Assembly: GCA_963808235.1 (NCBI GenBank)
Contig: CAWEEQ010000004.1
Span: 192,001-256,000, forward strand
Reading direction: 5' to 3'
DNA from: an uncultured delta proteobacterium
GTDB taxonomy: Bacteria > Desulfobacterota > Binatia > Binatales > Binataceae
DNA length: 64,000 bases
The notes beneath the pieces are model-generated. The model made no database searches. It saw nothing but the letters and a program-made list of their open reading frames with translations, and had not been told where the DNA came from. Shown here one piece after another: positions 21,839 to 29,994 of the stretch (positions are counted from its first letter, which is position 1; every line of letters begins with the position of its first letter). The translations under genes were made by a program, and so were the position numbers.

Positions 21839-22273
21839 TCAATCGTTTGGCACTGCGGCCTGCCGGATTGAGTTGAGAACGAATATGAAATGCTGATGAG
21901 ACGATACGTTAGCGAGCAAGCTCACCTGCTTCAGGAGCTTTAGCTCGGCGCGTGTTACGCGGTGACGCCTGATAAGTGCCCTATCTGAGGCAAACCGCTT
22001 CCACGAATCGGTGGCTTTCGTCGAGCCAGGCTCTGCTTGAGTGCCGACCAGGTACTTTGATTCCGGGTGACAGAGAAAGAGCAATTCGCGCCGATCGAGT
22101 CCGAGCGCATCGGCAATCCGTCCCACCAGCGAAAGCGAAGGTCTCCGCTTACCGGTTTCGATATAAGCGATATGGCTGGCCTGAACGCCGATCTGTTTAC
22201 CGAGTTCACGCTGGGTCATCCCGAGTTCCCGGCGCGCTTGTTTCAACATTCCGCGGAGCGTCTTCCCGCTCAT
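21839..22273 (-). CDS. XRE-family HTH transcriptional regulator with C-terminal extension
   Basis: LKQARRELGMTQRELGKQIGVQASHIAYIETGKRRPS; ATGA overlap with the upstream peptidase gene. Confidence 0.92.
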   Translation of the reverse strand: MSGKTLRGMLKQARRELGMTQRELGKQIGVQASHIAYIETGKRRPSLSLVGRIADALGLDRRELLFLCHPESKYLVGTQAEPGSTKATDSWKRFASDRALIRRHRVTRAELKLLKQVSLLANVSSHQHFIFVLNSIRQAAVPND

Positions 22274-23076
22274 ATTCCGTACTCGCTAAGTAGTGCCGCG
22301 CGCAGTTTCGCCGTGTGAATCATACCTGCCACAACCTGCAAGTTTTCGGCCGCCCCGACTTGCGCTTCGAAATCGAAGCCCAGGCCGGAACACAGGTGAC
22401 GCTTCGCCCTCGGAACTAGCTGCAATATATCCGCATCCGCATCTCTTTTTTGAGAGCCATTGAAGAGCCGTTCCGCGACTGTTTTTGGATATCCTCCCAA
22501 CGCCAATACGATATCTGCAACCAGTTCCTCCGGATCGCTCAGATGATTCAGGTAATTATCGGCGGACGACATATTCAGCCGCTCGCCATGGCCGCCAAAA
22601 ATATCATGGGTGAGATGATGTCCCATCTCGTGCCAGAACGCGGCCGCGACTAGCACCCGGTGATGTACCGTATTGACGCATATGACCGGCTTTTTCAGTA
22701 GTCTTCCGCCGCCGTCGTTGACGTAGAACCCCCGCAGCGTACGACCCTCTCGGCCTTCGAACGTTCCGAGCTGCAACACCGCGCCGAAGCTCGCCGCAGT
22801 CTCGGTCAACCGAGCCAGGTCGGTTTCTCCGAACAGCCGCTGATTCAGCTCCGGCAGGAAGTGCCGCAACTCCGAAATGATTCCTTGAAGTTGGGGCCGG
22901 TCGAAGTGGCTCTGCAATGCCGCGGGATAATCGACTCGAGAAAAAGACGAAAAGTCTTCGCAAGCACGGTCGGCCGTTCGCTGCTCGGCTCGTGATTGCG
23001 AGCGATTCACGATCTCGCGGATCAGTCCTTCGAGCGGATCGGGTTCTCTGTCTTGCGCCACCGTTGGCCACCCCAA
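22270..23076 (-). CDS. ImmA/IrrE-family (M78-like) zinc metallopeptidase
   Basis: RGFY...ICVN...FWHEMGHH (HExxH) followed by EELVAD; the true start may be the GTG at 23061. Confidence 0.8.
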   Translation of the reverse strand: MGWPTVAQDREPDPLEGLIREIVNRSQSRAEQRTADRACEDFSSFSRVDYPAALQSHFDRPQLQGIISELRHFLPELNQRLFGETDLARLTETAASFGAVLQLGTFEGREGRTLRGFYVNDGGGRLLKKPVICVNTVHHRVLVAAAFWHEMGHHLTHDIFGGHGERLNMSSADNYLNHLSDPEELVADIVLALGGYPKTVAERLFNGSQKRDADADILQLVPRAKRHLCSGLGFDFEAQVGAAENLQVVAGMIHTAKLRAALLSEYGI

Positions 23077-23473
23077 ATTGAGGCCATGCTAATCGCGCCG
23101 ACCGTGGGTTAGCAAGCGCAACAACTACCGCGACTGGGGCGCCGCTGTAAAAAGTAGCCAATTCATACAAATAGCGTTTTGTGGGGGGACCACGGCACAG
23201 CTAAGAGTCTAGTAATTTTCACAAAAAGTGATCCAAGTGTTCACGTCGACCATCGCACGCGCGACAAGCTCTTTTGAGCGTGCGGGCGATCCCCTCCGAC
23301 CGCTCTCTTACCCTCCGAAACCACCCTACGAAATCGTTTCCGCCGGAAACCTGAGATGGGGTGCCTCGTTCGGCAGACCGCCGGCTCGCACCCAGCGCGC
23401 ACCGCCGCGCGTCGCCGTACTCAAGCGACCGCGGTTCGAAGGTCGATAAACGAAGAAAAAACAGGAGAGTCCA

Positions 23474-24199
23474 ATGGAACTGCGTCAACTGACAACTGAT
23501 CATGAGCGGCAAATCTTCGCGGAATGTCTTTCCAAGGCCAGGGCCACGGCTGGATACGGCTTCAGAGAGACCGCGCGCTCGCGGCTCGGAAGGGCGCATC
23601 TCACGTTCGGAAATGTCTATGCGATTTTTGAAAACGAAGGCGACCCGTCCGAGCGGATGGCGGGAGGTTTCATCGTACACGATCTCGCCACCCTTCCCCA
23701 GAGTTTCGCGCAGCCGGACCTGAGTTATCTGCCCCCAAAGTCGGTCATCGAAGGCAGCGAGCTATGGGCGCTTACCAGGGGAGCTGCCGGGGTTGCGAAG
23801 CGAATAGCACCCGCGATCGCCGGTCTTCTACAGGCGAAGGCGGTCGTCCTCTATCCATTCATCAAGCCGTTCGATCTGACCGCACCTCACGCTCAACTCG
23901 GCTTCGTCAATGCCTGCGATCCGATCCAATACCACTTTTGCGAGACCCTCGAGGGAGAAGATCTTTGGGTCCAACCGATGGTTCTGCAGGGCGAGAAACT
24001 CGACGAGTACATCCGGCGCGGATTTGATTACCTCCTCGGCGGCCAGCGCGATCGTCACGTCCTGCGCTTCGATGCGTCTCTCGCGACGACACGTCCGGCG
24101 GCTATCGAGCCTGCGGTCGCTGAAAGAGAAGTGGCCAAGAGTTCGGTTGTCTCCTCGCACGGAGCGGGAGACGAGCGCAACGGTGCGGCGTCGATGTAA
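23474..24199 (+). CDS. Hypothetical protein, GNAT/acyl-synthase (LuxI/FeeM-like) fold suspected
   Basis: SD AGGAGA; VIEGSELW resembles the xxElSRf strand of LuxI/FeeM enzymes; LGF motif-B-like segment. Fold is inferred. Confidence 0.55.
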   Translation: MELRQLTTDHERQIFAECLSKARATAGYGFRETARSRLGRAHLTFGNVYAIFENEGDPSERMAGGFIVHDLATLPQSFAQPDLSYLPPKSVIEGSELWALTRGAAGVAKRIAPAIAGLLQAKAVVLYPFIKPFDLTAPHAQLGFVNACDPIQYHFCETLEGEDLWVQPMVLQGEKLDEYIRRGFDYLLGGQRDRHVLRFDASLATTRPAAIEPAVAEREVAKSSVVSSHGAGDERNGAASM

Positions 24200-24230
24200 G
24201 CGACCGGCACGGGGTTCTCGAAAATCTTGG

Positions 24231-24246
24231 GCGGACTTAAGTCCGC
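24231..24246. promoter_or_regulatory. Perfect 16-bp palindrome, candidate operator or hairpin
   Basis: GCGGACTTAAGTCCGC is its own reverse complement; intergenic. Confidence 0.45.
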
Positions 24247-24290
24247 TCCTAAAAGTTCCGCGATCCACGATCGCGGAAGGAGTCATACGA

Positions 24291-25250
24291 ATGAATATCG
24301 ACAATCAGGTTGTCCAAGCGGGCGGGACGAGCCCGCAATTGGAGGAGCTGTACGCAACGATTCCCAAGTGGCGGAACCTGCTCGCGGCGGTCAAAGCCGG
24401 CGAGACTGAATTCATGGACGTGCTCGCCAGGATGGGACTCCTCGAGAAGTTCGGTCTATCCACCAGCGCGGTCCATGCGTACCAGGAAATAGAGATTCAC
24501 GCCTTCATTCTGGGAATCGTCTCTGACGACCGATGGGAAGAGATCCAGGCGAAGTCGTTCCTGACCTACGCCTCGCACTGGATCGACGATTTCTTCGATA
24601 GTCCCGGCAAAGTTGGCGATCCCGCACAGTTGATGGCCGATCGAGGCGATATCCGCCACGCGCTTGCCAACATGGGTCCGGTCGGCCAGGTCGGATTTGC
24701 GATGGCGAACCGCGTGCCGCATCCGGAGGCGGTCTACAAAAGCCTGCATCGGATGCTTTATGGAGGCCTGGTGCAGCGATCGCTCGACTATGCGAACCGT
24801 CATACCCTGGTCAAGGAATACCAGACCGTCGCGACGGAGTTCGTCGATTCAGGGCTGGCCCGGCAAATCCTGCAACTGCAACCGCAAGCCTACTGGACCA
24901 CCAACAAAACCGTCCAGGAATTGCTCAACGCCGCCGAGCCGGAGCTCGACTTCAATACTTCGGAGTTGTGGAATCTGGTCTACGCTCCCGCCATCTATTA
25001 CCAGGATCTCGATGAAGAGCGGGCGCGTGGAGAGTCGAACTTTGAAGAGGAAGAGGCCCCGAGGATGAGCGAGATGCTGAAAATGATCCGGCTCGGAGCA
25101 CGGTACCTTGCGCAGACCGGCAAGAAGGGAAGTCTGCAGACTGCGCAGCTACGTTTCGCCGCGCTCGCACTCCCCAACCTGCCGGACCAGATCGTGAGCG
25201 AGTACCGGGTCCTATGGGAAAGACGCGGCGAGGCCGTCTGTTCGGATTAA
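24291..25250 (+). CDS. Class-I isoprenoid synthase/prenyltransferase-fold protein, 319 aa
   Basis: SD AAGGAG; WIDDFFD (DDxxD), YWTTNKT (KT motif), YYQDLDEERARG (second acidic motif); appears all-helical. Confidence 0.65.
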   Translation: MNIDNQVVQAGGTSPQLEELYATIPKWRNLLAAVKAGETEFMDVLARMGLLEKFGLSTSAVHAYQEIEIHAFILGIVSDDRWEEIQAKSFLTYASHWIDDFFDSPGKVGDPAQLMADRGDIRHALANMGPVGQVGFAMANRVPHPEAVYKSLHRMLYGGLVQRSLDYANRHTLVKEYQTVATEFVDSGLARQILQLQPQAYWTTNKTVQELLNAAEPELDFNTSELWNLVYAPAIYYQDLDEERARGESNFEEEEAPRMSEMLKMIRLGARYLAQTGKKGSLQTAQLRFAALALPNLPDQIVSEYRVLWERRGEAVCSD

Positions 25251-25266
25251 TTCGAGGTTCCGGCTC

Positions 25267-25317
25267 ATGAGGTCAATCGTGATCCGGAACAAGGAGGCTT
25301 CTATGCAACACGTTTGA
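25267..25317 (+). CDS. Candidate micro-ORF MRSIVIRNKEASMQHV, with inner start at 25303 giving MQHV
   Basis: GAGGT 8 nt before ATG 25267; perfect AAGGAGG 5 nt before ATG 25303; shared TGA at 25315-25317. Confidence 0.35.
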   Translation: MRSIVIRNKEASMQHV

Positions 25318-25331
25318 CCACCAGAATGCCC

Positions 25332-25360
25332 GCGCGGCGCCTCGAACGAAGGCGCCGCGC
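25332..25360 (+). terminator. GC-rich hairpin without a U-tract; candidate terminator or stabiliser
   Basis: GCGCGGCGCCT-N7-AGGCGCCGCGC. Confidence 0.5.
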
Positions 25361-25463
25361 CGGCTCGGATTCATCTTAAGTCGCGATTTCGTATCGCGAC
25401 ACTGGTTGTGATCTCGCGCGTGAGTCGCTGCATCCCGTACCGATGCCGGATGGCTCAGCGTGA

Positions 25464-25485
25464 TTTGCTTCCAGCCAGCGCTCGG
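25464..25485. repeat. 22-bp direct repeat, copy B (duplicate of the trxB 3' end)
   Basis: TTTGCTTCCAGCCAGCGCTCGG, identical to 25967-25988. Confidence 0.85.
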
Positions 25486-25506
25486 TGCGCTGCGGTAAAC
25501 CCCGCG

Positions 25507-25929
25507 TTAGTTTGCCGAGGCCACGACGATACAGAGCAATGCCAGGAGTAGCGCTACAGGCCCGTTCTGAAACCGCTCCGAACTGCTCGACGAGACGAAG
25601 TTAGCTAGTGCGCTCAGCGCCATCACGCCGGCGAGCGTCCACGTCCCCCAACGCAAGATGCCGAACCGATCGGTCGAAGCCCAATAGCGCGCGCGGCCGA
25701 GGACGATGATAGCGCCGGCGACGAGCAGACCGGCCGCGAACCCGCTAGCGACTCTGAGCGCCACGTTGAGATGGTCGTGACTGCCGCCGCCCCAGGCGCC
25801 GGAGAGTCCCCAAGAGCCGCCAAGCGCCCAGAAAATTTCGAATGTCGCAACTACGATAAAGGCGGTTGCGACCACCGCCGCAGCGAAGCGAGTCGCTCGT
25901 GTAGCGATCATAACGCGGCGGAGCTTCAT
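25507..25929 (-). CDS. DUF3995-like membrane protein
   Basis: FWALGGSWG..AWGG and N..S.S..ER motifs; 4 TM segments. Confidence 0.7.
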   Translation of the reverse strand: MKLRRVMIATRATRFAAAVVATAFIVVATFEIFWALGGSWGLSGAWGGGSHDHLNVALRVASGFAAGLLVAGAIIVLGRARYWASTDRFGILRWGTWTLAGVMALSALANFVSSSSSERFQNGPVALLLALLCIVVASAN

Positions 25930-25956
25930 GCGCGATATCGCGCGACCCGTTGGATG

Positions 25957-26895
25957 CTATTCGCCCTTTGCTTCCAGCCAGCGCTCGGCGTCGATTGCCG
26001 CCATGCATCCCGTGCCCGCCGCGGTGACTGCCTGCCGATATACGCTGTCGGCGACGTCGCCGGCGGCGAACACGCCGTCGATATTGGTGTAGGTCGACCC
26101 GGCGCGCACCCGCAAATATCCGACTTCGTCCATGTCGAGCTGGCCCTTGAAGATCGCGGTATTCGGCTGATGCCCGATCGCGACGAACACCGCGTCGGTC
26201 TTCTGGTCGGTGATTTTCCCGGTCTTCAGATTTTTCAACTTGACGCCGCTCACGCCCAGTTTGGGATCGCCGATGATTTCTTCGATCGCGGAATCCCAGA
26301 TGAACGCGATCTTGGGATTCTTGCGCGCGCGATCCTGCATGATCTTCGACGCGCGCAGCGTGTCGCGGCGATGCACGATCGTCACCTTGGTGCAGAAGCG
26401 GGTCAGGAAGGTCGCTTCTTCCATCGCGGTGTCGCCGCCGCCGATCACAAGCGCTTCCTTCTCCTTAAAGAATGCGCCGTCGCAGGTCGCGCATGCGCTC
26501 ACCCCGTAACCCATCAGGCGCTTTTCCGATTCGATTCCGAGCAGCTTCGCCGACGCTCCGGTTGAAATGATCAGCGACTCGGCCTTGACGACTTTTCCGT
26601 CGGCGACCACCTCGAACGGCCTGGCCTTCAGGCGCGCTTCGGTCACCTCGCCGGCTAGAAAACGGGTGCCGAAGCGAGTCACCTGGCGGCGGAACACGTC
26701 CATCATCTCGGGTCCCTGCACGCCATGCTCGAAGCCCGGATAGTTCTCGACCTCGGTAGTGATGGTGAGCTGTCCACCCGGCTCGTTGCCCTCGATCAGC
26801 AGCGGACTCAAGTTTGCGCGCGCGGTATAGAGCGCGGCAGTCAGTCCGGCGGGACCGGAACCCAGAATCACGACCTTGTTGATTTCGTCAGCCAT
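25957..26895 (-). CDS. trxB: Thioredoxin reductase
   Basis: [41 protein letters not shown]. Confidence 0.97.
   Translation of the reverse strand: MADEINKVVILGSGPAGLTAALYTARANLSPLLIEGNEPGGQLTITTEVENYPGFEHGVQGPEMMDVFRRQVTRFGTRFLAGEVTEARLKARPFEVVADGKVVKAESLIISTGASAKLLGIESEKRLMGYGVSACATCDGAFFKEKEALVIGGGDTAMEEATFLTRFCTKVTIVHRRDTLRASKIMQDRARKNPKIAFIWDSAIEEIIGDPKLGVSGVKLKNLKTGKITDQKTDAVFVAIGHQPNTAIFKGQLDMDEVGYLRVRAGSTYTNIDGVFAAGDVADSVYRQAVTAAGTGCMAAIDAERWLEAKGE
25967..25988. repeat. 22-bp direct repeat, copy A (within the trxB 3' end)
   Basis: Identical to 25464-25485. Confidence 0.85.
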
Positions 26896-27009
26896 AAGAC
26901 CTGTGTGCGGAGTTTATTAAGTTGTTGCTCTAAACATTTCTTGGCGGTTAGGTTCCAACATTTTATTGTATATGTTGAGGCGGTCAACGTAAGCTCATAT
27001 TCCCGACCA

Positions 27010-27549
27010 ATGGCGCGCAAGAAACAACCTTCATCGCGGAGCGCCGCCAGCGCGCGACTGACGCATCTCGACGGGCGCGGGCGAATCCGCATGGTCGATG
27101 TCGGCGAGAAGCCGGTCACGCGGCGCGAGGCGATCGCGCGCGGGCAAGTGCGGATGGCCCCGGCGACTCTCGACGCGATCGTCGGCGGCAAACTCAAGAA
27201 GGGCGAGGCGCTCGCGGCGGCGCGAATCGCGGGAATCATGGCGGCCAAGCGCACTCATGAGCTGATCCCGCTCTGTCATCAGATTCCGCTCGAAGTGGTC
27301 GAAGTCGAATTCAGGCCCGATCGCGCGGCCTCGACGCTCGAGATCCAGGCCCGCGCCGTCACCGACGCGCGCACCGGCGTCGAGATGGAAGCGATGGTCG
27401 CGGTGAGCGCGGCGGCGCTGACCATTTACGACATGGCAAAGGCCATCGATCGCGCGATGGAAATCGGCGCGATTCGGCTGGTCGCGAAACGGGGCGGCCG
27501 CAGCGGCGATTTTTCCCGTGCGGGCGAGCCGCAATGGCCGTCGGAGTGA
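27010..27549 (+). CDS. moaC: Cyclic pyranopterin monophosphate synthase
   Basis: [32 protein letters not shown]; start set at ATG 27010. Confidence 0.95.
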   Translation: MARKKQPSSRSAASARLTHLDGRGRIRMVDVGEKPVTRREAIARGQVRMAPATLDAIVGGKLKKGEALAAARIAGIMAAKRTHELIPLCHQIPLEVVEVEFRPDRAASTLEIQARAVTDARTGVEMEAMVAVSAAALTIYDMAKAIDRAMEIGAIRLVAKRGGRSGDFSRAGEPQWPSE

Positions 27550-28731
27550 GCGCGCCGCTTGCTCGGATAATCCTCAAGCGTGGCAGGGAAGGTCCGGTCC
27601 GCGGAGGCAATCCGTGGATTTTCTCGCAGGCAATCGCGCGGATTGAGCCGGCTGCGATCGAGCCAGGCGCGATCGTCGCGGTGCACGACGACGGGGGCGC
27701 GCTGCTCGGAATGGGTTACTGCAATCCCGCCACCACTATCGCGGTGCGGATGCTCGCGTGGGGTGAGACTCCGGTAATCGAGGAATTGGTTGCGCGCCGG
27801 CTAAAGAGCGCGCTCGAACTTCGGCGCAAATTCGTTCGCCCCGACACCGACGCATATCGGCTGCTCAACGGTGACGGTGACGGGCTGTCAGGCGTGGTCG
27901 TCGATCGATTCGGCGACGTGCTCGTCGTGCAGTTGCTCACCGCCGGAGCGGATCGGATGCGCGAGACTCTGGTCGAGGCGCTCTCCGAATTGCTCCATCC
28001 GCGCGCGATCATCGAACGCAGTCATGGCGCGGTGCGAAAGCAGGAGGGCCTCGACGATCGCATCGGGATTCTCGCCGGCGAGCCGGTTACGGAAACGCTC
28101 GCGACGGAAAACGGAATTCGAATCCACATCGATTTCGAGCACGGACAGAAGACCGGCTACTTCCTCGATCAGCGCGACAATCGCGCACTGGCGGGTACGA
28201 TGGCAGTCGGAGCGCGAGTGCTCGACGCGTGTTGCTACCAGGGCGGATTCGCGCTCGCGGCGCTCGCGTCGAGTGCGAAGCATGTCGTCGCGGTGGATAC
28301 CTCGGCACGAGCGCTCGAGTGGGCGCGGCGAAACGTCGAACTGAACGGACATCCGCGAGACGACAGTCGAGTTCGTTCATGGCGAGGCCGGCCCTTTCAT
28401 GGCCGAAACCCCCAATCGTTTCGATCTGATTGTCCTCGATCCTCCGCCGCTCGCCCGAAGCCGTGGCGATGCCGAGCGCGCCGGCCGCCTCTACGTCGAA
28501 CTCAACGCGGTTGCGATGCGCGCGCTCGCACCGGGCGGGCGCCTGATGACGTTTTCATGCTCGACGCATTTCCGCGCCGACGACTTTGTGCGCGCGGTCA
28601 GATTCGCGCAGACAAATGCGGGCCGCAATCTCCGCCTCCTCGCGCATCTTGGCCCCGGCCCCGATCATCCGGTGCTGCTCGGCCATTCCGAAGGCGAATA
28701 CCTGACCGGTCTGTTGCTGGCGGAACTATAG
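27534..28731 (+). pseudogene. rlmI: RlmI-family rRNA m5C methyltransferase, frameshifted near 28355 (possible assembly error)
   Basis: PUA domain and GQKTGYFLDQR in the first frame; TVEFVHGEA..FDLIVLDPP..FSCS..DHP..GEYL continues in another frame. Confidence 0.85.
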
Positions 28732-28821
28732 AACCGCCTCGCGCGATGCCTAAATAAACGGCTTGCTAAGCTCGCGGCTTTGCTTGAGTATAGAGCAAAT
28801 TTTCCCCCGGGATCTGATGGA

Positions 28822-29955
28822 ATGGAGCGAAACTTCCGCGCAAATCGCATAATCAAGACGCTGTTTATTGTCGTCGCGTTAGGAACGGCCGCCTGTCATC
28901 GCGAAGTCGCGTTGCCGCCCTTGCCGCTGCGCAACGTAACGCTGACGGACAAGTTCTTCGACGTATGGCCGACCAGCCCCACGCGCGCATTCATCGTTGG
29001 CGATCGCGGCAAGGTGCTGCTGACCGAAGACGGCGGCCGTCATTTCAAGCGCATCGACATCGGCACCAATCTGGGCATCTTCGGAATTCAGATGGCCGAC
29101 GATCAAAACGGATTCCTGTGCGGACAGGACGGACTCGTGATGCGCACACGCGACGGCGGCAAGACCTGGGAGCGGCTCAACTCGCGCACGCATCTGTTCA
29201 TCTTCGGACTCGCATTTCCAGATCGCCTGCACGGCTTCCTGGTCGGCGATCGCGCGCTCGTGCTCAGCACGACTGACGGCGGCGAGAGTTTCACCAAGCG
29301 CCAGTTGCAGCACCTCTTCCCGCCGGAAATCGCGGATTACGCCCTCCTCTACGAGGAACCGAAGCTCTACGGCGCGAGCTTCCTCGACGCCGATCACGGA
29401 TGGGTAGTCGGCGAGTTGGGAAGAATCTGGGCGACCGACAACGGCGGCAAAAGCTGGAATGAGCAGCAGCAATCGCTCGTCCCGCAATGGAAGCGGGCGC
29501 TTGGAGCCGGCGATGACCCGCGCTTTGCGGAATTTCTGCTGCCCACGTTTTTCGGCGTATCGTTTCGCGATTCAAAACATGGCGCAGCGTGCGGACTCGA
29601 AGGATGGGTGGTGCAGACCGATGACGGCGGCAAGACCTGGGCGTTCGCGCATCAGGCGGACAAACCCGGAGGCCCTCCAGATACGCTGGTGCCTGGAGCG
29701 CCGCAAATTCCCGCGCGAGATCCGCTGTTCTCAGTCGATCTGTTTGGCGGCACTCAGGGGATGACGACCGGATACGGCACCGTGCAGCGCCTCCAGCAAA
29801 ACGGCACCTGGGCGCACGACCCGGCCGTGCCTGACCTTCCGTTCCCGCTCAGCCAGGTGCGGTTTTTCGACGCAATGCACGGCTGGATCGTCGGCTACGG
29901 CACGATCCTTTACACCGAGGATGGCGGCAAAACCTGGCGCTTCTGCCAGGGCTGA
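28822..29955 (+). CDS. YCF48/BNR (Asp-box) beta-propeller lipoprotein
   Basis: Lipobox-like LGTAAC; repeated TxDGGxTW Asp-boxes. Confidence 0.88.
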   Translation: MERNFRANRIIKTLFIVVALGTAACHREVALPPLPLRNVTLTDKFFDVWPTSPTRAFIVGDRGKVLLTEDGGRHFKRIDIGTNLGIFGIQMADDQNGFLCGQDGLVMRTRDGGKTWERLNSRTHLFIFGLAFPDRLHGFLVGDRALVLSTTDGGESFTKRQLQHLFPPEIADYALLYEEPKLYGASFLDADHGWVVGELGRIWATDNGGKSWNEQQQSLVPQWKRALGAGDDPRFAEFLLPTFFGVSFRDSKHGAACGLEGWVVQTDDGGKTWAFAHQADKPGGPPDTLVPGAPQIPARDPLFSVDLFGGTQGMTTGYGTVQRLQQNGTWAHDPAVPDLPFPLSQVRFFDAMHGWIVGYGTILYTEDGGKTWRFCQG

Positions 29956-29994
29956 TCGCAACCGCGCGCGAGACGAGTAACTTCGGAGAACGCA

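Noticed and set aside
23910-24290. N-terminal extension of the 446-aa ORF
   Set aside because: Overlaps the preceding gene; a strong SD precedes ATG 24291
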